From assembly GCA_902727925.1 (NCBI GenBank), contig CACVAW010000044.1, positions 15,111 to 79,110 of the forward strand: a DNA stretch of 64,000 nt, given 5' to 3'. The number at the start of each line of letters is the position of its first letter. Positions within the stretch are counted from its first letter, which is position 1. The notes under the pieces are model-generated. The model saw only the letters and a list, made by a program, of their open reading frames with translations, did no database searches and was not told the DNA's origin. A program made the translations under genes and the position numbers. Source of the stretch: an uncultured Campylobacterales bacterium (lineage in GTDB: Bacteria; Campylobacterota; Campylobacteria; Campylobacterales; CACVAW01). This document shows, one piece after another, positions 10,574 to 19,873 of the stretch.

Positions 10574-11830
10574 TTATAGAACTTCCAATTTTTTTACTAC
10601 TTCACTGATATCAAAAGCTATTTCTTTTTTTGTTTGTAGAGGTATTTCTTTCACCCCATCTTTAGTCACAAAGTCAATCTTATTTTGATCACTTCCAAAA
10701 TTATTATCTTCATTGATTACATTCAGACACACAGCATCTAAAGATTTGTGCACAAGCATATCTTTAGCATTTTTGAGTGCTATATTAGCGTCTAGTTCAG
10801 CTTTAAACCCTATAGTATATATATTTGATTTTTCTAAAGACCCGAGTATATCTATATTCTTTTCTAGTACTAGATTGAGTGTATTATTTTCAGATTTTTT
10901 AAGTTTGCCATCTGTTTTAGGTAGTATATAGTCACTTACGGCTGCAACCATAAATAAGAATGGTTTTTTATGTACTATTTGTTTTGATGAGAGTTTGTTT
11001 TTTAGTGTTGGGTCTATTATGGTTGGTTTTTTACTATATTCTATAGCATTTTTTAAAGTTTCTTCCATCTCTTTTGATGTATCTACATCTATAGTATGAA
11101 TATTTGATGTAACTTGTAGCTCGTCTGTTCTTATTAGGCATACATCTGCACCTCTCATATATAGAGTGTGAGCTAGAGCATTTGCCATTTTGCCACTTGA
11201 GTTATTTGAGATATATCTTACATCATCTATAGCTTCTTTTGTACCTCCACCTGTGATTATTACTTTTCTGTTTAGCCAGAAGTCATCTTGAAGAAGATAT
11301 TTTGATACAATGTAGTATATATCACTGATATCTGCTAATGCACCACTTCCAGTATCTCCGCATACAAGAGTTTTTTCTATAGGAGGTATTATATGGTAAC
11401 CGTTTACTTTTAGCATTCTTAGGCTGGCGTCACTTAGAGGATGTGCTAGCATATTTGTATTTGCTGCTGGAGCTATTATTATTTGTTTAGTACATGCTAG
11501 TGCGGTTTGTGTCACAAGATTATCTGCAAAAGCATTACTTAGTTTATTTAGGGTATTTGCACTACAGGGTGCTATTAGATATACATCAAGCCACTTTGTT
11601 ATTCCTATATGGTTATTATCGCTGTGCCAGTTCTCTGTTGTTTCATCTAGTACTATGTTATTTGATATTGCTTCGAATGTTATAGGTGATATGAATTTTT
11701 TAGCACTTGGGGTCATTACTACACGTACATTTGCTTCGGCTCTTACAAGTTCTCTTATTAAGTCAAGAGTTTTGTATATTGATATACTTGCAGTTACGCC
11801 TATTAGTACATTTTTGTTTTTGAGTGTCAT
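10574..11830 (-). CDS. coaBC: bifunctional phosphopantothenoylcysteine decarboxylase/synthetase
   Basis: 418 aa. N-terminal flavoprotein domain (GVTASISIYKT). C-terminal CoaB motif ITGGGTKEAIDDVRYISNNSSGKM. Confidence 0.9.
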   Translation of the reverse strand: MTLKNKNVLIGVTASISIYKTLDLIRELVRAEANVRVVMTPSAKKFISPITFEAISNNIVLDETTENWHSDNNHIGITKWLDVYLIAPCSANTLNKLSNAFADNLVTQTALACTKQIIIAPAANTNMLAHPLSDASLRMLKVNGYHIIPPIEKTLVCGDTGSGALADISDIYYIVSKYLLQDDFWLNRKVIITGGGTKEAIDDVRYISNNSSGKMANALAHTLYMRGADVCLIRTDELQVTSNIHTIDVDTSKEMEETLKNAIEYSKKPTIIDPTLKNKLSSKQIVHKKPFLFMVAAVSDYILPKTDGKLKKSENNTLNLVLEKNIDILGSLEKSNIYTIGFKAELDANIALKNAKDMLVHKSLDAVCLNVINEDNNFGSDQNKIDFVTKDGVKEIPLQTKKEIAFDISEVVKKLEVL

Positions 11831-11896
11831 TTTTATTGCCTTAACCTTTTTATGTGCTCAGCGTACAGAGCTAGCTCCGTAAATACCTAAGTCTAA

Positions 11897-13189
11897 TTAT
11901 GTGTTTTTATTAAAAAACTTATAAAAGAAATTTTTTATATTTGTTTGTCTTGTTCTTGATATTGCAAGGTCACCTTTGGTTGTATCTTTTGTGATTGTAC
12001 TTCCAGCTGCTATTATTGTATCATCAGAGATATTTACAGGTGCTACAATTTGAGTATCACTGCCTATAAATACATTTTTACCTATAGTTGTTTTGTATTT
12101 GTTTTTACCATCATAGTTACAAGTGATTGTACCTGCACCTATGTTTGTACCCTCATTTATATCACTATCTCCAAGATAGCTTAGGTGTCCAGCTTTTATA
12201 GTGTTTAGTGTAGAGTTTTTGACTTCTACGAAGTTACCTATATGAGAATCCGATATATTTGAGTTGGGTCTTATATTAGCCATCGGACCAATGCTAGAGT
12301 TTATTATGGTTGAGTCTTGTATATATGAATTTGCTTTTATATGGGTATTTTTGATTACTGTATTTCCAAGTATACTAACTCCGTTTTCTATAGATGAGTA
12401 CTCATCTATACTTACTGTACTTTCTATATATATACTTTGGGGTAGTCTCATTTTTGTACCACTTTGCATGAGATTAGCTTTTATTTTATTTGCCATTATA
12501 AGCTCAGCGCTACTTAACTCATATGGAGAGTTTACCCCCATAAAGGAATCTTCACCCACATATATAGGAGATATTATTTTATTTTCAGCTTTTGCAAGAC
12601 CTATGATATCTGTTATATAGTATTCATTTTGGGCATTATTATTTGTTAGCTTTGGTTGATATTTTTTTAAGATATCTCTTTTAAATAGATATACACCTGT
12701 ATTTATAGTTGTTACTTCTAATTCTTTTTTTGAGGCGTCTTTTTGTTCTACTATTCTTTTTATTTGTTTGTCTTGTATTATTACTCTACCATAGCCTGAT
12801 GGATTATCTATATCTATTACACCTAGGTTTATATCTGAATCTTCATTTAAAAAAGCTTCTAGGTCAGTAGATGATACAAGAGGCATATCTCCATTAAGTA
12901 GCAATATTTTTTCATGTTTTGGATTAATATCTTTTATAGCTCCACCAGTACCTGGAAAGTTTTTAATATCTTGTGTTATGAAGTTTAGAGTTTTGTAGTT
13001 ATTTAAATGTTCTTTGATGAGCTCTTCGCCATGATATGTTATGATTGTTACATCATCGCTTAGTTTAAGGCTTTCATCTACTAGATATTCAATCATGGGT
13101 TTACCACATATTCTGTGTAGGACTTTTGGTAGTTTTGATTTCATACGAGTACCAAAACCAGCTGCTAATATAACAATGGATAAATTCAT
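11897..13189 (-). CDS. glmU: bifunctional UDP-GlcNAc pyrophosphorylase / GlcN-1-P acetyltransferase
   Basis: N-terminal LAAGFGTRMKS nucleotidyltransferase motif. C-terminal left-handed beta-helix hexapeptide repeats. 430 aa. Confidence 0.95.
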   Translation of the reverse strand: MNLSIVILAAGFGTRMKSKLPKVLHRICGKPMIEYLVDESLKLSDDVTIITYHGEELIKEHLNNYKTLNFITQDIKNFPGTGGAIKDINPKHEKILLLNGDMPLVSSTDLEAFLNEDSDINLGVIDIDNPSGYGRVIIQDKQIKRIVEQKDASKKELEVTTINTGVYLFKRDILKKYQPKLTNNNAQNEYYITDIIGLAKAENKIISPIYVGEDSFMGVNSPYELSSAELIMANKIKANLMQSGTKMRLPQSIYIESTVSIDEYSSIENGVSILGNTVIKNTHIKANSYIQDSTIINSSIGPMANIRPNSNISDSHIGNFVEVKNSTLNTIKAGHLSYLGDSDINEGTNIGAGTITCNYDGKNKYKTTIGKNVFIGSDTQIVAPVNISDDTIIAAGSTITKDTTKGDLAISRTRQTNIKNFFYKFFNKNT

Positions 13190-13242
13190 GATTAAATACC
13201 TTCTGTATTATATGTAAGAGTTCCCCAACCCCATTTTATAAA

Positions 13243-13524
13243 TTACTTAGATTTAGCTACTTGTTCTTTAAGTGCTTTACCTGGTTTGAATTTTGCAACT
13301 GTAGTAGCAGCAACTTGTACTTCTTTACCAGTTCCTGGAACTTTAGCAGTTCTTGCAGCTCTGTCACTTGTTGAGAAAGTTCCAAATCCTATTAATGCTA
13401 CATTTTCTTTTTTTGATAAGCTTTTACCAATAGTTTCTAATACACTATCAACTACTGATGTAACATCTTTTTTTGAGATGTTAGTTTGTGAAGCTACTTC
13501 GTTTACCAGCTCAGTTTTATTCAT
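13243..13524 (-). CDS. hup: HU family DNA-binding protein
   Basis: 93 aa: MNKTELV...GFGTFSTSDRAARTAKVPGTGKEV is the HU/IHF arm. Confidence 0.9.
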   Translation of the reverse strand: MNKTELVNEVASQTNISKKDVTSVVDSVLETIGKSLSKKENVALIGFGTFSTSDRAARTAKVPGTGKEVQVAATTVAKFKPGKALKEQVAKSK

Positions 13525-13601
13525 TTTTAGGTCCTTTTATGGGTGATTTGGGATATTGTACTTAATATTAGATTATAAAATCAAGTAAAATAACATCTTT
13601 T

Positions 13602-14213
13602 TTAATACATTGAGGTTATATTATCTATTTTATCCCAAGAATTGGTGTTTTTTGAGTGATTTAGTATATTTTCTACGTATCTAGCGAAGATGTCAGTTTC
13701 TATATTTACATGAGTATTTAAGTTGTATTTTGCGAATATTGTGTTTTGGTATGTATGAGGAATTACACCTATATAAAAGATATTGTTTTCGACCTTGTTA
13801 ACAGTTAAGCTCACACCATCAACTGCTACACTTCCTTTTGATACTATATACTTCATATATCTGTTTGGAACTTCAATTCCTATTTCATATATGTTTGAAA
13901 GCTTATTTATTGACTTAATACTACCCTTAGTATCAATATGACCCTGAAGTATATGACCATCAAGTCTATCACTCAGCATCATAGCTGGTTCTATATGTAC
14001 TTTGCCTATGAAGTTTTCTATAGCTACGAGGTTTTGAGTTTCTTCACCTATTTCAACACTAAAGCTCGAAGTATCAAAACTAACGACAGTAAGACATACT
14101 CCATTGACTGCTATACTATCCCCTATATCAGGGGTATAGTCCGCTTTGATAGTTAGTATATTATTGCTCAGGGACTCTACATTTCCCATTTCTCTGATAA
14201 GACCTGTAAACAT
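13602..14213 (-). CDS. ribE: riboflavin synthase alpha chain
   Basis: MFTGLIREMG start and two lumazine-binding repeats (GDSIAVNGVCLTV / GSVAVDGVSLTV). Confidence 0.9.
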   Translation of the reverse strand: MFTGLIREMGNVESLSNNILTIKADYTPDIGDSIAVNGVCLTVVSFDTSSFSVEIGEETQNLVAIENFIGKVHIEPAMMLSDRLDGHILQGHIDTKGSIKSINKLSNIYEIGIEVPNRYMKYIVSKGSVAVDGVSLTVNKVENNIFYIGVIPHTYQNTIFAKYNLNTHVNIETDIFARYVENILNHSKNTNSWDKIDNITSMY

Positions 14214-14214
14214 A

Positions 14215-15228
14215 TTAGATTATTTCTGCACTTCCAATGACTAAGTCATCACGGTAGAATACTGTTCTTTGACCTTTTGCTATACCCATTACATTCTCAT
14301 CTAGCTTGATTGAAGCTGTACCGTCTTTGATTGTGACTGTACCTTTTATTTTTGGGCTTCTGTATCTGATTTTGATTTGAGCTTCAAAACTTGTATCTGA
14401 TACAAACATATTAAGGTCATCAGCCTCAAATTCATTTCTTTTAAGATCATCAAGTTCACCTACGACGATAGTATTATTGTCATTATTTACATTAAGTACA
14501 TAGTGCGGAGTATGCGCACCATTTATAGTGAAGCCTTTTCTTTGACCTACTGTATAGTGCATATACCCTTTGTGTTTACCTACTACTTTACCACTTGGGT
14601 CAAGTACGTCTCCATCTTTTTTGGTTTCAGTGTGACGGTCTAGTATATCTATGTAGGTTTTATCCACAAAACATATTTCAGAGCTTTCTGCTTGTTTTGC
14701 AAAAGATTCAAGCACTGTTATCTGAGATGCATACTCTTTTACGTCTTTTTTAAGAGATTCGCCTAGTGGGAAGATAAGGTCTTTAATAGTACTTGGATGA
14801 ATTGCAGATGTGAAGTATGTTTGATCTTTTGTCATATCAACAGCTTCTTGAAGTAAGCCATCTTTGATTCTGATATAGTGTCCAGTAGCAAGTTTTTCGT
14901 AACCTTGTTCTTTTGCGAACTTTAGCATTTCTCCAAACTTGATTGTTTTGTTGCACCATACACAAGGGTTTGGTGTTTTACCGTCTATATAGGTTTGTAC
15001 AAATGGATCATATACATTTTTGGCAAATTTATCAGCGATATTTAGTATATGGTACTCTATATCAAGATACTCTGCTACTTTTTTAATTTTGTCAATGTTT
15101 TTTTTATGGTATTCGTCATTATTAAAAAGCTGTAGGTATACACCTGCTATTTCATGACCTTCATTTTTGAGTTTGTGAGCTGTGACTGTGGAATCTACAC
15201 CACCACTCATTGCTACCATTATTTTCAT
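14215..15228 (-). CDS. mnmA: tRNA 2-thiouridine(34) synthase MnmA
   Basis: PP-loop VAMSGGVDS and catalytic Cys contexts (NPCVWCN). 337 aa. Confidence 0.95.
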   Translation of the reverse strand: MKIMVAMSGGVDSTVTAHKLKNEGHEIAGVYLQLFNNDEYHKKNIDKIKKVAEYLDIEYHILNIADKFAKNVYDPFVQTYIDGKTPNPCVWCNKTIKFGEMLKFAKEQGYEKLATGHYIRIKDGLLQEAVDMTKDQTYFTSAIHPSTIKDLIFPLGESLKKDVKEYASQITVLESFAKQAESSEICFVDKTYIDILDRHTETKKDGDVLDPSGKVVGKHKGYMHYTVGQRKGFTINGAHTPHYVLNVNNDNNTIVVGELDDLKRNEFEADDLNMFVSDTSFEAQIKIRYRSPKIKGTVTIKDGTASIKLDENVMGIAKGQRTVFYRDDLVIGSAEII

Positions 15229-15363
15229 TCAAATACCTTAAAATTTCATTATTTTTTGAAATTATATTTCTTAACTCACGAAATTTTCTTATAACATTTA
15301 GTTATAAGAGATTTCATTCTTTATTCTGATATAATAATCAAATTTTTTAAAGGATAGATTAGT

Positions 15364-16533
15364 ATGAGTGAATATCTACTAAATACTTATGCAAAAAATA
15401 GTACTAATTTTGTAAAAGGCAACAACGCTAGACTATATGATGATAAAAACAATGAGTATATAGATTTTGGAGCTGGTATAGCAGTAGTGAGTGTAGGACA
15501 TGCAAATAAGAGAGTATTAGATGCTATTAATGACCAAGCGAGTAAGATAATACATATATCAAACCTATTTGGTATAGAGCTTCAAGAAAGACTTGCTCAA
15601 AAAATGGTAGAGCTTAGTGGCTATGATATGAAAGTGTTCTTTGGTAATAGTGGAGCAGAAGCAAATGAGGGAGCTATAAAGATAGCTAGAAGATATGGCG
15701 AACTTAATAAGAACAAAAGCACAAAGACAAATAGAACAAAAATAATAACTCTTAAAAACTCATTTCACGGTAGAACTCTAGCTACACTAAAAGCTACAGG
15801 ACAATCAAATATGCACAAAAGCTTTGGGCCATTCCCTGATGGATTTGAATATGCAGAGAATATAAGTGATGTATATAATCATATAGACTCTAACACTGTA
15901 GCTGTAATGTTTGAGCTTATACTAGGTGAGGGTGGAGTAAGTGCTTGGGACAAAGAAGAGGTACAAAAACTAGCAACTCATTTGAAGTCTCAGGATATAT
16001 TACTTATTATTGATGAGGTACAAACAGGAGTATACAGAACAGGGGAGTTCTTATGCTCAAACCTATATGGTATTACACCTGATGTTATAAGTCTAGCCAA
16101 AGGTCTTGCTGGAGGTGTTCCAATAGGTGCAGTGATGACGACACTAAAAGATATATTTGTTCCAGGAGATCATGGAAGTACCTTTGGAGGGAATTATCTT
16201 AGCTCGCGAGCAGCTCTTGAAGTCCTCTCTATACTAGAGGAAGCCCAAGAAGAGATGGAAAATAATATGCAATACTTTGAAAAAGAGCTTTTGATTATAG
16301 CTTCAAAATACAATCTAAGCTTAACAGGTATAGGATATATGAGAGGTATGAAACTAAAAGATGACGATACACTTAAAGCTGTAGCCGAGCAATGTCTATC
16401 AAATAAGCTAGTAGTATTAAAATCAGGTAACTCAACGCTAAGATTCTTACCACCTCTTACAATCACAAAAGAAGAGATTGATATAGGTATAAGTAGACTT
16501 AAAGATTCACTAAAGTCTGTATTAATCAAATGA
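15364..16533 (+). CDS. argD: acetylornithine/succinyldiaminopimelate-type class III aminotransferase
   Basis: Motifs GNSGAEANEGAIK, IIDEVQTG and the PLP-lysine context SLAKGLAGG. 389 aa. Confidence 0.85.
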   Translation: MSEYLLNTYAKNSTNFVKGNNARLYDDKNNEYIDFGAGIAVVSVGHANKRVLDAINDQASKIIHISNLFGIELQERLAQKMVELSGYDMKVFFGNSGAEANEGAIKIARRYGELNKNKSTKTNRTKIITLKNSFHGRTLATLKATGQSNMHKSFGPFPDGFEYAENISDVYNHIDSNTVAVMFELILGEGGVSAWDKEEVQKLATHLKSQDILLIIDEVQTGVYRTGEFLCSNLYGITPDVISLAKGLAGGVPIGAVMTTLKDIFVPGDHGSTFGGNYLSSRAALEVLSILEEAQEEMENNMQYFEKELLIIASKYNLSLTGIGYMRGMKLKDDDTLKAVAEQCLSNKLVVLKSGNSTLRFLPPLTITKEEIDIGISRLKDSLKSVLIK

Positions 16534-17669
16534 AAAAGATAGTTTTACTCTCAAGTGTTGTAGCGGTACTACTTTCTTCCGATATAAGAGAAGATAAACA
16601 AAGACTATATGAATTTGATGTTAATCAATCCAAATATGATGCAAGAGCGTTAAAGATGGATGTATTTGAGCCTATAGTACTCTCATGGCAAAAGACTAGT
16701 GACAATATAAACGGCTTTGACGTAGATAGTGAAATATATAGAGCAGGTATCAATCAATCAATCTCACTTGGTACTTACTACGCAGTAAAGTATGCGAATA
16801 AAACAAGAGATATATCATATACAAGTATAGACATAGTAAAAAACAGCGATGAGCTTACAAAGAATAGTATAGTTGTGAATCTATTGAAAATAGACCTAAT
16901 ACTCAAAAAACAAAAATTATTAATAAAAAATAGCGAGATAAATATAATTCAAAAAACAGACTCATATAAAGATGGTCTTATAGATATAAGTTTTCTAAAT
17001 GACGCAATAATTGCAAAAAATAATTTGAAAATAGCGTTAGAAGATTTGAACTTACAAAAGAATCTTCAAATACAAGAGCTTTTAAAACTAAGTAACAAAA
17101 ACTATAAACAAATAGAATTAGAAGAGTTAAACGAAATTAGCTTTGATGAGTATATAAAAGATGATTTAGAATACAAACTAAGTACTCAAACATATGATAG
17201 CCTTGATTATGAAAAAAGAGTTAGATTCTCAAGAAACCTACCATCTCTTAATCTTGGGGTAAGCTATTCTAAGAATGTGAGTAGTGATACTGAGGGGACA
17301 AACTATGTTGTGGGTGCAAGTGTTCCTATAGGCGATTTTTCGCTTATTAGTCAGTATCAAAGTGCCAAAGTACAAAAACTAAAACAAAAGCTAATTTTAA
17401 GCGAACTTAAAAGAGATAAAAAAATAGACTTTAATACTCTTGAGCTAGAACTTCAAAGCCTCAAAAATAAAATAAAAATATCAAAAGAGAATATAAAGAC
17501 CTATGATGAGCTTTTAAAAGATATAAGCGAAAAACTATCTTTAGGAGTTTCTACTTCTTATGACAAAGATATCATCAAAAATACTTTTAATATCTCCAAA
17601 ATAGAAAAAGAGCTTCTAGAGCTTGATAAAAAATTGGTTTTATTTAAAATAAACAGATGGAAACTCTGA
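16530..17669 (+). CDS. TolC-like outer-membrane protein (putative)
   Basis: Signal peptide MKKIVLLSSVVAVLLS. Long coiled-coil-type repeats alternate with short beta segments, as in outer-membrane efflux proteins. ATGA overlap with argD. No diagnostic motif. Confidence 0.4.
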   Translation: MKKIVLLSSVVAVLLSSDIREDKQRLYEFDVNQSKYDARALKMDVFEPIVLSWQKTSDNINGFDVDSEIYRAGINQSISLGTYYAVKYANKTRDISYTSIDIVKNSDELTKNSIVVNLLKIDLILKKQKLLIKNSEINIIQKTDSYKDGLIDISFLNDAIIAKNNLKIALEDLNLQKNLQIQELLKLSNKNYKQIELEELNEISFDEYIKDDLEYKLSTQTYDSLDYEKRVRFSRNLPSLNLGVSYSKNVSSDTEGTNYVVGASVPIGDFSLISQYQSAKVQKLKQKLILSELKRDKKIDFNTLELELQSLKNKIKISKENIKTYDELLKDISEKLSLGVSTSYDKDIIKNTFNISKIEKELLELDKKLVLFKINRWKL

Positions 17670-17728
17670 ATTTAGAGGTCTCAATTAATAGATGAGGTAT
17701 TAGAGTTTAAAATAATATAATCTATACT

Positions 17729-18211
17729 ATGCAAAAAATGATTCATGAAAAATATTGGAAAGAATTAGAATTAGTACTACCTTCAAACAAGTTTGATATG
17801 TCACGTCTTAAAAAAGCCTATGTCTTTGCTGACAACGCTCATATCACGGATAAACGTAAAAGTGGCGAACCTTATATAATGCATCCAGCTGCAGTTGCCA
17901 AAATTGTTTATGATCAAGAACTTGATGAAGACTGTATCATAGCAGCTTTCTTGCACGATACAGTAGAAGATACTGATACTAGTATTGAAGAGGTTGAATC
18001 AAGATTCACTCCAAGTGTGGCAACCCTAGTTGATAGTCTTAGTCATTTCACAGAAGCTCTTAATTCAAATGATATAAAAGATGTAAAAACTCTAAGAAAG
18101 ATACTGTTTTCTATGAGTAAAGATTTTCGTACGGTATGTATAAAGATAGCAGACCGTCTACACAATATCTCAACTCTGCAATATATGCCTAAAGACAAAC
18201 AAATCCCCTAA
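17729..18211 (+). pseudogene. truncated RelA/SpoT-family HD (ppGpp hydrolase) domain gene
   Basis: 160 aa with hydrolase motifs RKSGEPYIMHP, FLHDTVEDT and IADRLHNISTL. It stops about 10 codons after DRLHN, where full-length SpoT continues (IA-ET..., synthetase, TGS, ACT). No continuation is seen in any frame downstream. Confidence 0.65.
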
Positions 18212-18571
18212 ATCTTTCAAGACCTTTAATAAACATGAAAATATAAACTACAAACCAACATCCCCAAAAACCAAAAAAAAGTTAAAGAATTTTTTCCTTT
18301 TGATGTCCAAAAAACCTAAAATAAAAAGAATTCCAACCCAAATAATGTTTAAGTTTTCTAACATAATAGTACCTTCATTAATAATCTACTTTTTGATATA
18401 GATATATTATACCTCATAAGTTTTTTTATTCTGTTAACTGGTTTTCTCAAACCTGCTTTAAAATAGAGTCTTTGAATTGCACCTTCTAAATAAAAATGTA
18501 CTATCCTCTTTGTTCAGAAGGCTCACTTTAACTTTAGTAAAAGTTGGCGAAATAAAATTATATTTAGAGAC

Positions 18572-18781
18572 TCAAACCTCTGTATTTGCTAATTCAATTA
18601 ATTCTTTATCTTTAAAAAGTAGATTATTAATCATTTGTCCTAAATCTGTATTTTGTTTTTTTGCTAATTTTGCGAAAAAATTTTCTACTTCGGGTTCAAG
18701 ATAAATAGGTATATGAAAGTTGGCATTTTTATTATAAAACTTTCCTCTTTCTCCATTTGAAAAATCGTATTCTTTTTTCAT
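18572..18781 (-). CDS. brnA: BrnA-type antitoxin
   Basis: 69 aa. EYDFSNGERGKFY...IPIYLEPEVENFFAKLAKKQNTDLGQMINNLL matches the BrnA/CopG-like antitoxin pattern. Starts 4 bp downstream of the brnT stop. Confidence 0.7.
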   Translation of the reverse strand: MKKEYDFSNGERGKFYNKNANFHIPIYLEPEVENFFAKLAKKQNTDLGQMINNLLFKDKELIELANTEV

Positions 18782-18785
18782 AAAT

Positions 18786-19079
18786 TTAACCTTTTATATA
18801 TGCTTTTTGCTCATTCTTAGTTGCTTTTCTAGCACTAATAATTCTTATATTAAAGTTGTTCTTATTCACTAATCTAAATGTATGAATGACAACTAAAGTT
18901 CTAGTTTTAAAGTCCATCCCAAGAGTAATCCATCTATCTTCTACAAGACTATGTTCTTCATCAAAAATGGAAATAGCATTTTTATCTTTAAACACAGAAG
19001 TAGCATCTTCAAAACTAATTCGATGTTTTAAAAAATTACTTTTTGCTTTATTAAAGTCCCATTCAAAATTATAATTCAT
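18786..19079 (-). CDS. brnT: BrnT (DUF497) family toxin
   Basis: The track ORF is 18786..19133. The likely start is the internal ATG at 19079, giving MNYNFEWDFNKAKSNFLKHRISFEDATSVF...RIISARKATKNEQKAY. This is the classic DUF497 FEWD...KH..SF...IISAR pattern. Confidence 0.75.
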   Translation of the reverse strand: MNYNFEWDFNKAKSNFLKHRISFEDATSVFKDKNAISIFDEEHSLVEDRWITLGMDFKTRTLVVIHTFRLVNKNNFNIRIISARKATKNEQKAYIKG

Positions 19080-19399
19080 CAACAACCCTATCATAAGCTT
19101 ATAACTATTATATCTAATAAATTTGAATGTCATAAAAATTGAGTTAAAGTAAAGTTTTGGGTTGCTGAAAAGTTACTCAATATAACTTCAAAAAAAATAA
19201 ACATTAAAATACTTTAAATTTGGTAATTTATAATAGTCTATATATTTTATTGGTTAAAACAATATCCACTTTTATATCTTTCTTTTAAAAAGAAACAAAT
19301 TCATTACTTTTTGGTAACAAAAAAGTAAAACCTTGTGCTTGCACTCTCTGTGAGAAAAATAATCACGGCTTCAGAGTTTATTTGAGTACAAATAAATAC

Positions 19400-19522
19400 C
19401 TAAAAAGAGTGTATAAAATAAATCAATTGCGGAACTCATAATAGAGATATTGCTCCCAGCAATACCTCTTATTACTCAAACAGTCCTCATTTTGATAGAT
19501 TGATTTTATACACTCTTTTTAG
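19400..19522. repeat. 123-bp inverted-repeat / long imperfect hairpin element
   Basis: Arms CTAAAAAGAGTGTATAAAAT (19400-19419) and ATTTTATACACTCTTTTTAG (19503-19522) are perfectly complementary over 20 bp. After a one-sided AAAT bulge the pairing continues as CAAT/ATTG. An apical stem GAGATATTGCT-ccc-AGCAATACCTC lies at 19444-19468. Confidence 0.7.
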
Positions 19523-19749
19523 CTCTTGCAGATGTGAGAGTGAGAAAAAAACCTCAAATATAAAATCTTTATATCCCAATTTTTAGCGTTTATAGAGTGA
19601 ACAAAAAGTATAATAATTCCGTTAAGAAATTCAAATTGTTTGAGTGAAGCGAGTTTTTGAATTTTAGGAATTATTATGTTTTTTGTGAGTTTAATTTTGT
19701 ATCCAAAATCTCTATAACTAGCGAAGAGCTTTTTTTTAATCTTTTTTGT

Positions 19750-19800
19750 CGAGGAGCAAAGGAAATTCAAGCCTAAATGGCTTGGAGTAAACTTTGTGAG
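19750..19800 (-). repeat. 51-bp repeat, copy 1 (partner at 54714-54764 in inverted orientation)
   Basis: Read on the minus strand: CTCACAAAGTTTACTCCAAGCCATTTAGgcTTGAAtTTCCTTTGcTCcTcG. The first 28 nt are identical to the partner, then 17 of 23 match. Confidence 0.75.
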
Positions 19801-19873
19801 TAAAGATTAATTTAATTCGTAAAACCTTCTTATACATTTAGGTACAAAATTTTTACTCTCTTTTCAAAAGTAA

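Noticed and set aside
18370-18571. Start-less frame on the minus strand downstream of brnA (…IVHFYLEGAIQRLYFKAGLRKPVNRIKKL…) as a gene remnant, and nested 6-bp inverted repeats (GAGTCT/AGACTC, CCTTCT/AGAAGG) as a second attC-like site
   Set aside because: The peptide has no recognisable family signature. The stems are short and show no similarity to the 123-bp element. This is compatible with chance in AT-rich DNA.
19400-19522. Calling the 123-bp hairpin a bona fide integron attC site or a retron msr/msd
   Set aside because: I found no RYYYAAC/GTTRRRY cores at the arm ends and no second similar site after brnA or after the protease. No reverse transcriptase gene is present in the window. It is therefore reported only as an unexplained structured element.
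19519-19770. 83-aa ORF on the minus strand between the protease and the hairpin element
   Set aside because: It has a TTG start and a Lys/Ile/Phe-rich low-complexity composition typical of translated AT-rich spacer. Its 5' end lies inside the 51-bp repeat, and no motif is recognisable. I treat it as non-coding, although a cassette ORF cannot be fully excluded.
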